This document shows positions 27,410 through 38,444 of a stretch of DNA of 64,000 nt, piece by piece. Made by a program: the position numbers and the translations under genes. This DNA is from an uncultured Actinomycetota bacterium. Lineage in GTDB: Bacteria; Actinomycetota; Actinomycetes; Propionibacteriales; Nocardioidaceae. Position 1 is the first letter of the stretch; each line of letters starts with the position of its first letter. The stretch covers positions 238,375-302,374 of the forward strand of contig CAWABG010000001.1 in assembly GCA_963780245.1 (NCBI GenBank). The letters run 5' to 3'. The notes under the pieces were generated by a model. That model was given only the letters and a program-made list of their open reading frames with translations, did no database searches and was not told where the DNA came from.

Positions 27410-28039
27410 GTGCGTGTCTCCGACTCTCGTCGAGTCCTCTTCGTCCATGTGCCCAAGACCGGCGGCGCGACCCTGGACGACATGTTCGACACCGAGGTCC
27501 CGGACACGCGCCGCGTCTCCGGCATGAAGCGGCACTCGTTCTACGCCGACCTGCTCGAAGCCGACCCCGCTCTGGCGGACTACTGGTCCTGCGGCTTCGT
27601 CCGCAATCCGTGGGCGCGAATGGTGTCCTGGTGGTCGATGGCCGTGCGGATGCAGGAGCGTGTCGAGGCGGGTCGTGCGGACAACCTGAGGAAGGTCGCG
27701 GAGAAGCCCAACATCTGGGGCCCCCTGATGGCCTACAACGACGACTTCTCCCGGTTCGTGCTGGAAGGCACCCGCGAGGTCAAGCGCCTGCAGCGGCCGC
27801 AGGTCCGCTGGCTGAAGTCCGCGGAGGGCGAACCCGTCGACTTCATCGGCCGGGTGGAGAACTTCGTGGCCGACGGCAACGTGCTGCGCGAACGCCTCGG
27901 GCTGGACGGCCTGGAAGCATTCCCGCGCAAGAATCCCAGCTCCCACGGCCATTACAGCGACTACTACAACGATGAGACCCGCAAGCGGGTCGCCGAGGTC
28001 TTCGCGGAGGACATCGACGCCTTCGGCTACACCTTCTGA
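27410..28039 (+). CDS. sulfotransferase family 2 (carbohydrate sulfotransferase-like) protein
   Basis: LFVHVPKTGG, FVRNPWARMVSWW, DFIGRVEN, YSDYY...FAEDIDAFGYTF. Confidence 0.85.
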   Translation: MRVSDSRRVLFVHVPKTGGATLDDMFDTEVPDTRRVSGMKRHSFYADLLEADPALADYWSCGFVRNPWARMVSWWSMAVRMQERVEAGRADNLRKVAEKPNIWGPLMAYNDDFSRFVLEGTREVKRLQRPQVRWLKSAEGEPVDFIGRVENFVADGNVLRERLGLDGLEAFPRKNPSSHGHYSDYYNDETRKRVAEVFAEDIDAFGYTF

Positions 28040-28120
28040 ACCGGGTGTGCCGCGTCACAAAGCCGAGATCTGGGGATGACCAACGCGTACCTTGGACGTT
28101 GATCAATCACTAGGACACAC

Positions 28121-28173
28121 CGTCCGGTACCCACACCGGCCCGCACCCGCGGGTGGTCGGAGGGACTGGAACG
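28121..28173 (+). promoter_or_regulatory. pan-motif-like 5' leader hairpin with two bulged adenosines
   Basis: CGUCCGGUACCC pairs with GGGACUGGAACG, leaving one bulged A on each strand; abuts the GAAAGG RBS of the pantothenate operon. Confidence 0.55.
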
Positions 28174-28187
28174 AAAGGTTCGAACGA

Positions 28188-29099
28188 ATGACCAAGCGCT
28201 TGAGCGTGGGCGTGGTCGGCGCGGGACGCGTCGGAGCCGTGCTCGCCGCTCGCCTCCGGGCCGCGGGCTACGACATCGTGGCCGCCGCCGGTGAGTCCGA
28301 CGCCTCCCGGCACCGGATCGCCGAACTGCTTCCCGGTGTCCGCATCGACAAGCCCAGCGCCGTCGCCCGGGCCTGCGACCTGCTGCTGCTGACGGTCCCG
28401 GACGACATGCTCCCGAACGTCGCCACGGTGCTGGCCGCGAGCGGGGCCCTGCACAAGGGCCAGTACGTCGTACACACCTCCGGCCGGCACGGTCTCGCCG
28501 TGCTCGAGCCGGCGCGCGCCATCGGTGCGCACACCGTCGCGATGCACCCGGCGATGACCTTCACCGGCACCGCGCTCGACCTCGACCGGCTCCAGGGCTG
28601 CGTGTTCGGCCTGACCGCCGAGCCGGCCGAGCGGGAGTTCGCCCGGCAGCTCGTCGACGACCTCGGTGGCCGTCCGACGTGGGTGCCCGAGGAGATGCGC
28701 ACGCTCTACCACGCGGGCCTGGCCCACGGCGCCAACCACCTGGTCACGCTGGTCTCCGAGGCGGTGGAGATGCTTGCGGCGGCTGGTTCCGACGACCCCG
28801 CCGGAACCCTGCGGCCGCTGCTCGCTGCGGCCCTCGACAACGCCCTCGAGCACGGCGACGCCGCGCTGACCGGGCCGATCGTCCGCGGCGACCTCAACAC
28901 CGTCCGCGCGCACCTCGCTGAGATCGCCCGACGCTCTCCCCAGGTCATGGACTCCTACATCGCGCTGGCCCGGGCCACGCTCGCACGTTCCGTCACCGAC
29001 GGCCGGCTCGTTCCGATCCACGCGCTGAAGATCAACCAGCTCCTCGACGCCGCGCAGGCCGACGCCGCGGTTCGGCGCGGCCACGCGGACTTCTCATGA
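28188..29099 (+). CDS. Rossmann-like + DUF2520 protein (PanG-type ketopantoate reductase candidate)
   Basis: VGVVGAGRVG, LLLTVPDD, VHTSG, AMHPAMTF, YHAGLAHGANHL, LTGPIVRGD; directly before panC. Confidence 0.88.
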   Translation: MTKRLSVGVVGAGRVGAVLAARLRAAGYDIVAAAGESDASRHRIAELLPGVRIDKPSAVARACDLLLLTVPDDMLPNVATVLAASGALHKGQYVVHTSGRHGLAVLEPARAIGAHTVAMHPAMTFTGTALDLDRLQGCVFGLTAEPAEREFARQLVDDLGGRPTWVPEEMRTLYHAGLAHGANHLVTLVSEAVEMLAAAGSDDPAGTLRPLLAAALDNALEHGDAALTGPIVRGDLNTVRAHLAEIARRSPQVMDSYIALARATLARSVTDGRLVPIHALKINQLLDAAQADAAVRRGHADFS

Positions 29100-29989
29100 C
29101 CACCCCGCACGTCGTCCGCACCCGGGGCGAGCTCGACGAGCGACTCGCCGCGAGGCGGGCCGCAGGTGAGCGCGTCGGCTTCGTGCCCACGATGGGCGCC
29201 CTCCACGAGGGCCACGCCAGCCTGCTCCGGGTGGCCCGTGACTACGTGGGCGACGGCCCAGTGGTCGTCTCCATCTTCGTCAACCCGCTGCAGTTCGGGG
29301 CGGGCGAGGATCTCGACCGCTACCCGCGCACCCTCGAGGCCGACCTCAAGCTGTGCGAGCGCGAGGGCGTCGACATCGTGTTCGCTCCGGAGGTTGACGA
29401 GGTCTACCCGGGAGGGGCGGTGACCGCCGCGAGCGTCACGATCGAGCCCGGTGAGCTGGCGACCGTGCTCGAGGGCCGGGTCCGTCCCGGCCACTTTCGC
29501 GGCGTACTCACCGTGGTGGCCAAGCTGTTCGGCCTGGTCCGCCCCGACCTGGCGGTGTTCGGCCAGAAGGACTACCAGCAGCTGGTGCTGATCCGGCGGA
29601 TGGTCGACGACCTGTGCCTCGGCGTCGAGATCGTCGGCGCAGAGACCGAGCGGGACACCGACGGCCTGGCGCTGTCCAGCCGCAACGCCTACCTCGACGA
29701 AATGCAGCGTCAGGAGGCGACCGTCCTCAACCGCGCCCTCCGTGCCGCGCAGCGGGCCGCCGGGCAAGGTCTGTCCGCCGCGCTCGACGGCGCCCGCACC
29801 GAGCTGGGTACGTCGACCCGCGTAGACCTTGACTACCTCGAGGTGACCACCCCCGACCTGGGCGCGCTGCCGGAGAACCCCCCTCCGGGCACCGAGGCCC
29901 GGATCCTGATCGCCGCTCGGGTGGGCCGCACCCGCCTTATCGACAACCTGCCCCTGGTCATCGGGGACCCCACCCAAGGAGGCAGCTGA
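29096..29989 (+). CDS. panC: pantoate--beta-alanine ligase
   Basis: [49 protein letters not shown]. Confidence 0.98.
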   Translation: MTTPHVVRTRGELDERLAARRAAGERVGFVPTMGALHEGHASLLRVARDYVGDGPVVVSIFVNPLQFGAGEDLDRYPRTLEADLKLCEREGVDIVFAPEVDEVYPGGAVTAASVTIEPGELATVLEGRVRPGHFRGVLTVVAKLFGLVRPDLAVFGQKDYQQLVLIRRMVDDLCLGVEIVGAETERDTDGLALSSRNAYLDEMQRQEATVLNRALRAAQRAAGQGLSAALDGARTELGTSTRVDLDYLEVTTPDLGALPENPPPGTEARILIAARVGRTRLIDNLPLVIGDPTQGGS

Positions 29990-30405
29990 TGCTGCGGACC
30001 ATGATGAAGAGCAAGATCCACCGGGCCACCGTGACCCAGGCGGACCTGCACTACGTCGGATCGGTGACCGTCGACGAGGACCTGCTCGAGGCCGCTGACC
30101 TGCTGGCCGGCGAGCTGGTGCACATCGTCGACGTGACCAACGGCGCCCGGCTGGAGACGTACACGATCGCCGGTGAGCGCGGCAGCGGAGTGATCGGGAT
30201 CAACGGCGCGGCGGCCCGACTGGTGCACCCGGGCGACATCGTGATCCTGATCGGCTACGGCCAGATGGACACCGCCGAGGCCAAGGACTTCCAGCCGCAC
30301 GTGGTGTTCGTCGACGCCGACAACAAGATCCTGGCCACCGGGTACGACCCGGCCGAGACGTTCGAGGGTGACGGCCTCGTCCGTGGTGATCTGACGGCTC
30401 GATAG
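29989..30405 (+). CDS. panD: aspartate 1-decarboxylase
   Basis: [25 protein letters not shown] cleavage site, [14 protein letters not shown]. Confidence 0.98.
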   Translation: MLRTMMKSKIHRATVTQADLHYVGSVTVDEDLLEAADLLAGELVHIVDVTNGARLETYTIAGERGSGVIGINGAAARLVHPGDIVILIGYGQMDTAEAKDFQPHVVFVDADNKILATGYDPAETFEGDGLVRGDLTAR

Positions 30406-30414
30406 AGTCGCCGG

Positions 30415-32304
30415 ATGGCATCGGTACGCCGTGTGCCCGGCCGCCTCACGGCGCCCGAGCCCGGCTGGTCCACCCGCGCCGACGTCGTCATCGTCGGCTC
30501 CGGGATCGCGGGCCTGACCGCCGCGCTCCGGCTCCGGGAGCACGTCGACAAGGTCCTCGTCGTCACCAAGGACGTCCTCGCCGCAGGCTCCACCCAGTGG
30601 GCGCAGGGCGGGATCGCCGCGGCACTCGGGCCCGGTGACACTCCTGAGGAGCACGAGCTCGACACGCTCGTGGCAGGCGCCGGAGCGTGCGACCCCGCCG
30701 CCGTACGCGTGCTGGTCAACGAGGGACCGGAGGCGGTCCGCGAGCTGATCGCCCTGGGCGCCAACTTCGACCTCGACGACGACGGGGTGATCTCGTTGAC
30801 CCGGGAGGGCGGCCACCACCGCGACCGGATCGCGCACGCCGGCGGCGACGCCACCGGGGCGGAGATCCAGCGGGCCCTGATCGAGGCGGTCGCCAACGCC
30901 CCCGACATCGAGGTCATCCAGCACGCGCTCGCCGTCGACCTGCTCCTCGACGAGGCCGGCGGGGTGGCCGGCGTGACCCTGCACGTGATCGGTGAGGGCG
31001 TGCGCGACGGCGTGGGTGCGGTGCACTGCCGTGCGGTGCTCCTGGCGAGTGGCGGGCTGGGCCAGGTGTTCGCCCAGACCACTAATCCGGCCGTCGCCAC
31101 CGGCGACGGCACGGCGCTCGCCCTCCGGGCCGGGGCCACGCTCCGCGACCTGGAGTTCGTCCAGTTCCACCCGACCGTGATGTACCTCGGCGCGGACTCG
31201 ATGGGCCAGCAGCCGCTGATCTCCGAGGCGGTGCGCGGTGAGGGGGCGTTCCTCGTCGACTTCGAGGGCAACCGGTTCATGCAGGGCGTGCACGAGCTCG
31301 CCGACCTGGCGCCGCGCGACGTCGTGGCCAAGGCGATCACCCGCCGGATGAACGAGACCGGTCATCCGCACATGTGGCTGGACGCGCGCCACCTCGGCCG
31401 CGACGGTGATCGAGTAGGCGACGAGGAACGAGCCGCCGTGTCGACCGCGAGCGAAGCGAGCCGTGACGGTGATCGAGTAGGCGACGAGGAACGAGCCGCC
31501 GTGTCGACCGCGAGCGAAGCGAGCCGTGACGGTGATCGAGTAGGCGACGAGGAACGAGCCGCCGTGTCGACCGCGAGCGAAGCGAGCCGTGACGGTGATC
31601 GAGTAGGCGACGAGGAACGAGCCGCCGTATCGAGATTCTGGGAGAAGCGCTTTCCCACGATCCTGGCCACCACCCGCTCGCACGGCGTGGACCCGGTGAC
31701 CGACCTGATCCCGGTCGCCCCGGCGTGCCACTACGCCTCCGGCGGCGTCCGTACCGACCTCGAGGGGCGCTGCGACGTACCCGGTCTCTACGCCACCGGC
31801 GAGGTCGCCTGCTCCGGGGTGCACGGCGCCAACAGGTTGGCCTCCAACTCGCTCCTGGAAGGACTGGTCTTCTCGCGTCGGATCGCGGCGGTGCTACCCG
31901 GCGAGCTCCGGCCCTGGTCCGAGCCGGCCGCCGATGAGCGCACGGCCGGACTGGTGTCCGGCACCATGCGCGCCGAACTCCAGGAAGTGATGACTTCCAG
32001 GGCTGGGGTGCTCCGCACCGCCGACGGACTCTCGGAGGCGGTCGAGCTGCTCGACAAGCTCAGCGCGACTCAGACCGACACCGTCGACCTCGAGTCGTGG
32101 GAGACCACCAACCTGCTCACGGTGAGCACTGCCCTCGCCGCTGCCGCCGCGCTGCGCGAGGAGACCCGCGGCTCGCACTGGCGCGAGGACTTCCCGGAGC
32201 GCGACGACGAGCGGTTCGCCGGGCACTTCGATGCCACGATGACGGACGGCACCACCACGGTCGTGTTCCAGAGCGCGCCGGCTTCTGACGGGGTGGCCGG
32301 ATGA
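30415..32304 (+). CDS. nadB: L-aspartate oxidase with in-frame repeat insertion
   Basis: IVGSGIAGL, WAQGGIA, EGGH, EFVQFHPT, SEAVRGEG, LAPRDVVA, HYASGG, HGANRLASNSLLEG, ETRGSH. Confidence 0.96.
   Translation: MASVRRVPGRLTAPEPGWSTRADVVIVGSGIAGLTAALRLREHVDKVLVVTKDVLAAGSTQWAQGGIAAALGPGDTPEEHELDTLVAGAGACDPAAVRVLVNEGPEAVRELIALGANFDLDDDGVISLTREGGHHRDRIAHAGGDATGAEIQRALIEAVANAPDIEVIQHALAVDLLLDEAGGVAGVTLHVIGEGVRDGVGAVHCRAVLLASGGLGQVFAQTTNPAVATGDGTALALRAGATLRDLEFVQFHPTVMYLGADSMGQQPLISEAVRGEGAFLVDFEGNRFMQGVHELADLAPRDVVAKAITRRMNETGHPHMWLDARHLGRDGDRVGDEERAAVSTASEASRDGDRVGDEERAAVSTASEASRDGDRVGDEERAAVSTASEASRDGDRVGDEERAAVSRFWEKRFPTILATTRSHGVDPVTDLIPVAPACHYASGGVRTDLEGRCDVPGLYATGEVACSGVHGANRLASNSLLEGLVFSRRIAAVLPGELRPWSEPAADERTAGLVSGTMRAELQEVMTSRAGVLRTADGLSEAVELLDKLSATQTDTVDLESWETTNLLTVSTALAAAAALREETRGSHWREDFPERDDERFAGHFDATMTDGTTTVVFQSAPASDGVAG
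31399..31635 (+). repeat. 63-bp tandem repeat (about 3.75 copies), REP-derived, inside nadB
   Basis: GACGGTGATCGAGTAGGCGACGAGGAACGAGCCGCCGT starts at 31402, 31465, 31528 and 31591; encodes RDGDRVGDEERAAVSTASEAS. Confidence 0.97.
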
Positions 32305-33218
32305 GCATTGCCCGCACTCCCCTGGAGGAGCTGCCCGAGGAGCTGCTGACCGAGCTCACCGGCTCTGGGCTGGAGCCGCTGGCGATCTACGACGCGATCG
32401 CCGGGGCCATCGACGAGGACCTGCCCGAGGGGTACGACGACGAGGACCGGACCAGCGCGGCGACGATCCCGGCCGGCGCCCGGGGCGTCGGCGACTTCGC
32501 GGCCCGCGAACCCGGTGTCGTCGCCGGGCTCGGCGTCGCCGCCATGGTGTTTCACTACGTCATGGGCGACGACGTCCTCATCGCGGACCGCGTGCCCGAC
32601 GGTCTCCGGGTCGCGCCCGGCACCGCGCTGATGCGGGTGACCGGGCCGACGCGAGGCCTGCTCACCGCCGAGCGCACCGCCCTCAACTTCGCATCCCACC
32701 TGAGCGGGGTGGCCACTGCCACCGCCGCCTGGGTCGACGCACTCGAGGGCACCGGGGCGCGGGTGCTCGACACCCGCAAGACGCTGCCGGGCCTCCGGAT
32801 GCTGCAGAAGTACGCTGTCCGCTGCGGCGGCGGCACCAACCACCGAATGAGCCTCTCGGACCGGGCGATGGTCAAGGACAACCATGTGATCGCCGCCGGC
32901 GGGGTGGTGCCGGCGCTGGAGGCGGTGCGGTCGGCGTACTCCGGGCTGCGGGTGGAGGTCGAGGTGACCGACCTCGACCAGCTGGGCGAGCTCCTGGACG
33001 CCGGCTGCGAGGAGATCCTGCTCGACAACATGTCGACCGAGATGATGGCCGCGGCGGTCAAGATCACCGCCGGCCGGGCCACCCTCGAAGCGTCCGGTGG
33101 GCTCACCATAGAGCGGGCCAGGGAGGTCGGCGCGACCGGCGTCGACTTCATCTCGGTTGGCGCGCTCACCCATTCGGTGCAGGTGTTCGACATCGGCATG
33201 GATCTGCGCGAGGGCTGA
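32301..33218 (+). CDS. nadC: nicotinate-nucleotide diphosphorylase (quinolinate phosphoribosyltransferase)
   Basis: AERTALNF, DTRKTLPGLR, NHRMSLSD, VKDNH, ILLDNM, EASGG, SVGALTHS. Confidence 0.97.
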   Translation: MSIARTPLEELPEELLTELTGSGLEPLAIYDAIAGAIDEDLPEGYDDEDRTSAATIPAGARGVGDFAAREPGVVAGLGVAAMVFHYVMGDDVLIADRVPDGLRVAPGTALMRVTGPTRGLLTAERTALNFASHLSGVATATAAWVDALEGTGARVLDTRKTLPGLRMLQKYAVRCGGGTNHRMSLSDRAMVKDNHVIAAGGVVPALEAVRSAYSGLRVEVEVTDLDQLGELLDAGCEEILLDNMSTEMMAAAVKITAGRATLEASGGLTIERAREVGATGVDFISVGALTHSVQVFDIGMDLREG

Positions 33219-33222
33219 CGAG

Positions 33223-33996
33223 ATGACCCTGCTCGCGGCCGACATCGGCAACGCCCACACCGTCCTCGGCCTGGTGACGGACGGCGAGGTCACCGCCGAC
33301 TGGAGGGTGGCCACGGTCGCCAGCCGCACCGCCGACGAATGGTCGGTGCTGATCCGCGGGCTGCTCGGCGGGCTGGTGGACGAGATCGACGGCATCGCCG
33401 TCTGCTCGACGGTGCCGGCCGTGCTGCACGAGTGGCGCGACATGCTCACCCGGCACTTCGGCGACGTGCCGCAGGTGGTCGTCGAGCCCGGTGTGCGCAC
33501 CGGGGTGCCCGTGCTGATGGACAACCCGCGCGAGGTCGGCACCGACCGGATCATCAACGCGCTCGCGGCAGCCACGTTGTTCGGCGGCCCGGCGATCGTC
33601 GTCGACTTCGGCGGCACCGCCACCACGTTCGACGTGATCAGCGACAAGGGCCAGTACGTCGGCGGCGCCATCGCGCCGGGCATCGAGATCTCGTTGGAGG
33701 CGCTCGGCCGCCGCGGCGCCCAGCTGCGCAAGGTCGAGCTGCTGCGGCCACGATCGGTGATCGCGAAGAACACCGTCGAGGCGCTGCAATCGGGCATGGT
33801 CTTCGGCGTCGCGGCGCAGGTCGAGGGCATCGTGGCCCGGATGACGGCAGAGCTCGGCGCCGAGCCCCGCGAGGTCACCGTCATTGCCACCGGATATCTG
33901 GCGCCGCTGGTGATCGATGAATGCGCTGTTTTCACCGAGCATTCACCATGGCTCACGCTCAAGGGCCTGGAGCTGGTATTCACGCGCAACACCTGA
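33223..33996 (+). CDS. coaX: type III pantothenate kinase
   Basis: LLAADIGNAHT, NPREVGTDRI, VVDFGGTATTFD, GGAIAPG, PWLTLKGL. Confidence 0.96.
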   Translation: MTLLAADIGNAHTVLGLVTDGEVTADWRVATVASRTADEWSVLIRGLLGGLVDEIDGIAVCSTVPAVLHEWRDMLTRHFGDVPQVVVEPGVRTGVPVLMDNPREVGTDRIINALAAATLFGGPAIVVDFGGTATTFDVISDKGQYVGGAIAPGIEISLEALGRRGAQLRKVELLRPRSVIAKNTVEALQSGMVFGVAAQVEGIVARMTAELGAEPREVTVIATGYLAPLVIDECAVFTEHSPWLTLKGLELVFTRNT

Positions 33997-34080
33997 AATT
34001 GCGTTATCAGGAATATTCCGATATTGATGTCCGTGGCAGAATTCTCAATTGCCATGATATTCCCTGACTACAGATGAGGT
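33997..34080 (+). promoter_or_regulatory. AT-rich lsr2 promoter region
   Basis: Conspicuously AT-rich (AATTGCGTTATCAGGAATATTCCGATATTG...GAATTCTCAATTG) in a high-GC background, upstream of lsr2. Confidence 0.55.
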
Positions 34081-34087
34081 CCCTTCC

Positions 34088-34411
34088 GTGGCGCAAAAGG
34101 TGAGCATTGTCCTGATCGACGACCTCGACGGCTCCGACGCTGTCGAGACCGTTTCGTTCGGGCTCGACGGCACGTCGTACGAAATCGACCTGAACAAGAA
34201 GAACGCCGCTTCCCTGCGCGACGCGCTGGCCGGGTACGTCGGCAACGCCCGCAAGGTCACCGGCGCCCGTCGCGCCGGTCGCCGCCCCACCACCTCGCTC
34301 GGCCCCAGCGCCCGCGAGGTCCGCGACTGGGCCCGCTCCAACGGTTTCAAGGTCCCCGACCGGGGCCGGATCCCCGCCGAGATCCGCGAGGCCTTCGACA
34401 AGGCCAACTAG
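34088..34411 (+). CDS. lsr2: nucleoid-associated protein Lsr2
   Basis: MAQKVSIVLIDDLDGS, YEIDL, VRDWARSNG, RGRIP AT-hook motif. Confidence 0.97.
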   Translation: MAQKVSIVLIDDLDGSDAVETVSFGLDGTSYEIDLNKKNAASLRDALAGYVGNARKVTGARRAGRRPTTSLGPSAREVRDWARSNGFKVPDRGRIPAEIREAFDKAN

Positions 34412-34420
34412 GCATCGGCA

Positions 34421-34553
34421 GACCTCAGGATTGCTTTCGCCTCACCGGGTCTCGATACGGCCCGTCACGACCTCGTTCCTCGGTCGTGGGGCCTACTCGA
34501 CCTCGTCTCGCAACGCAGCCCGCTCGTTCCTCGCGGCCTGCTGCTCGCTTGAT
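34421..34553. repeat. composite REP/BIME-like element (GTCTCGATAC...ACTCGACC family)
   Basis: Hairpin CACGACC-TCGTTCCTC-GGTCGTG inside GTCTCGATAC...CTACTCGACC; aligns over about 130 bp with 63602-63734. Confidence 0.8.
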
Positions 34554-34657
34554 GTTCGCTCTGGGCGTACCTACTTCTGACCAACCGTGGAACGCGTAGG
34601 GTGGTGTGAGGGGTTGAGACACATGGAACCCCCACGAAGCTTCAGGAGCGATGCGCA

Positions 34658-37252
<2,595 letters not shown>

Positions 37253-37284
37253 GCCCGCTCGCACTACCGCTCTCCGAATTGAGG

Positions 37285-37378
37285 AGGGGGTGTTTCACCG
37301 CATATGCGGTGAAACACCCCCTTCTGTCATGAAGGTTCGTACCAGAACGGTCAGATTCACCGGTTAACCGGTGAATCT
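37285..37378. repeat. bipartite perfect-palindrome element, copy 1 (may also terminate clpC)
   Basis: 38-bp perfect palindrome AGGGGGTGTTTCACCGCAT|ATGCGGTGAAACACCCCCT (37285-37322) and 26-bp AGATTCACCGGTT|AACCGGTGAATCT (37353-37378). Confidence 0.9.
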
Positions 37379-37400
37379 TTCCGCTAGTTACTCTGCACCC

Positions 37401-38444
37401 ATGCTGATCACCGCCAGCACGGTCAAGGACACCCTGCCCAACGTGCAGCGATTCGTCGCCGGCAACCTGGCCGGCGGCGTCGACCACCTGGTGGTGTTCC
37501 TGGACGCGCCGAAGGCCGACGGGCAGTTGGAGGTCCGCGAGTGGCTCGAGCAACAGCCGCAGGTCACGACGGTCCGCACGGGCAAGGAGTGGTGGGCCGG
37601 TGACAAGCCGGCCCAGCTCAACGTGCGGCAGCGGATCAACGCCAACCTGCTGAAGCACGTGCTCGCCGCGTTCGACTGGGCGGAGTGGCTGTTCCACATC
37701 GACGGCGACGAGATCGTCCAGATCGACCGGAGGGTGCTGGACGCGTTGCCGGCCGACGTACCGGCCGTCCGGTTGGCGCCGCTGGAGGCGGTGAGCCAGA
37801 TGCACTGGGACGATGACCCGACCTGGTTCAAGACTTTGCTGAACGACGGCGACCTGGCCCTGCTGCACACGCTCGGGGTGATCGAGAAGCCCAAGAACGG
37901 TGAGTACTTCCACGGGCACGTCGAAGGCAAGAGCGGCATCCGGCCGCGGGTGGAGGGGTGGCTCACGCTGCACAAGGCGGTCGATGCCGACCGCGAGGAG
38001 CTCGAGGTCTTTCAGCACCCGACCCTCCGGGTGTTGCACTACGAGTCCTTCTCGGGCGAGGACTTCGTGCGGAAGTGGATAGCGATGGTCGGGTCGGGCC
38101 CGTCCCCGACCTTCAGGCCGGTCCGTGGCGACACCGCCGCCAGTCTGTACGCGCTGATCAACAAGAACCTCGACGAGGAGCGGACCCGCGCCTACCTGAT
38201 CAAGCTGTTCGAGCGGACCACCGTGGACGACCTCGAGACCCTGCGCGACCTCGACCTGCTCATCGAGGCCGACCCGCGCCAGGGCACGCACCAGCCTGCC
38301 GACTTCCCGCCCGGCGGCCGCGACGGCCTCAACGCCGCACTCGACGAGCTGCGCGCCCAGCCCAAGCGGCACTTCCACCCCGCCCAGGCCGGCGTCACCA
38401 GGCTCAAGGTCAAGGGAGCGCGTAGCCTCCGGCGCCGGTCCTGA
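37401..38444 (+). CDS. glycosyltransferase family 2-like protein (Glyco_tranf_2_4 type)
   Basis: GVDHLVVFLD, RQRINAN, WLFHIDGDE (DxD), VLHYES; -10 TACTCT 6 nt before ATG. Confidence 0.78.
   Translation: MLITASTVKDTLPNVQRFVAGNLAGGVDHLVVFLDAPKADGQLEVREWLEQQPQVTTVRTGKEWWAGDKPAQLNVRQRINANLLKHVLAAFDWAEWLFHIDGDEIVQIDRRVLDALPADVPAVRLAPLEAVSQMHWDDDPTWFKTLLNDGDLALLHTLGVIEKPKNGEYFHGHVEGKSGIRPRVEGWLTLHKAVDADREELEVFQHPTLRVLHYESFSGEDFVRKWIAMVGSGPSPTFRPVRGDTAASLYALINKNLDEERTRAYLIKLFERTTVDDLETLRDLDLLIEADPRQGTHQPADFPPGGRDGLNAALDELRAQPKRHFHPAQAGVTRLKVKGARSLRRRS

Noticed and set aside
31399-31635. CRISPR array or intein in nadB
   Set aside because: No variable spacers and no intein splicing motifs (N-terminal Cys/Ser, C-terminal His-Asn); it is a simple in-frame tandem repeat.
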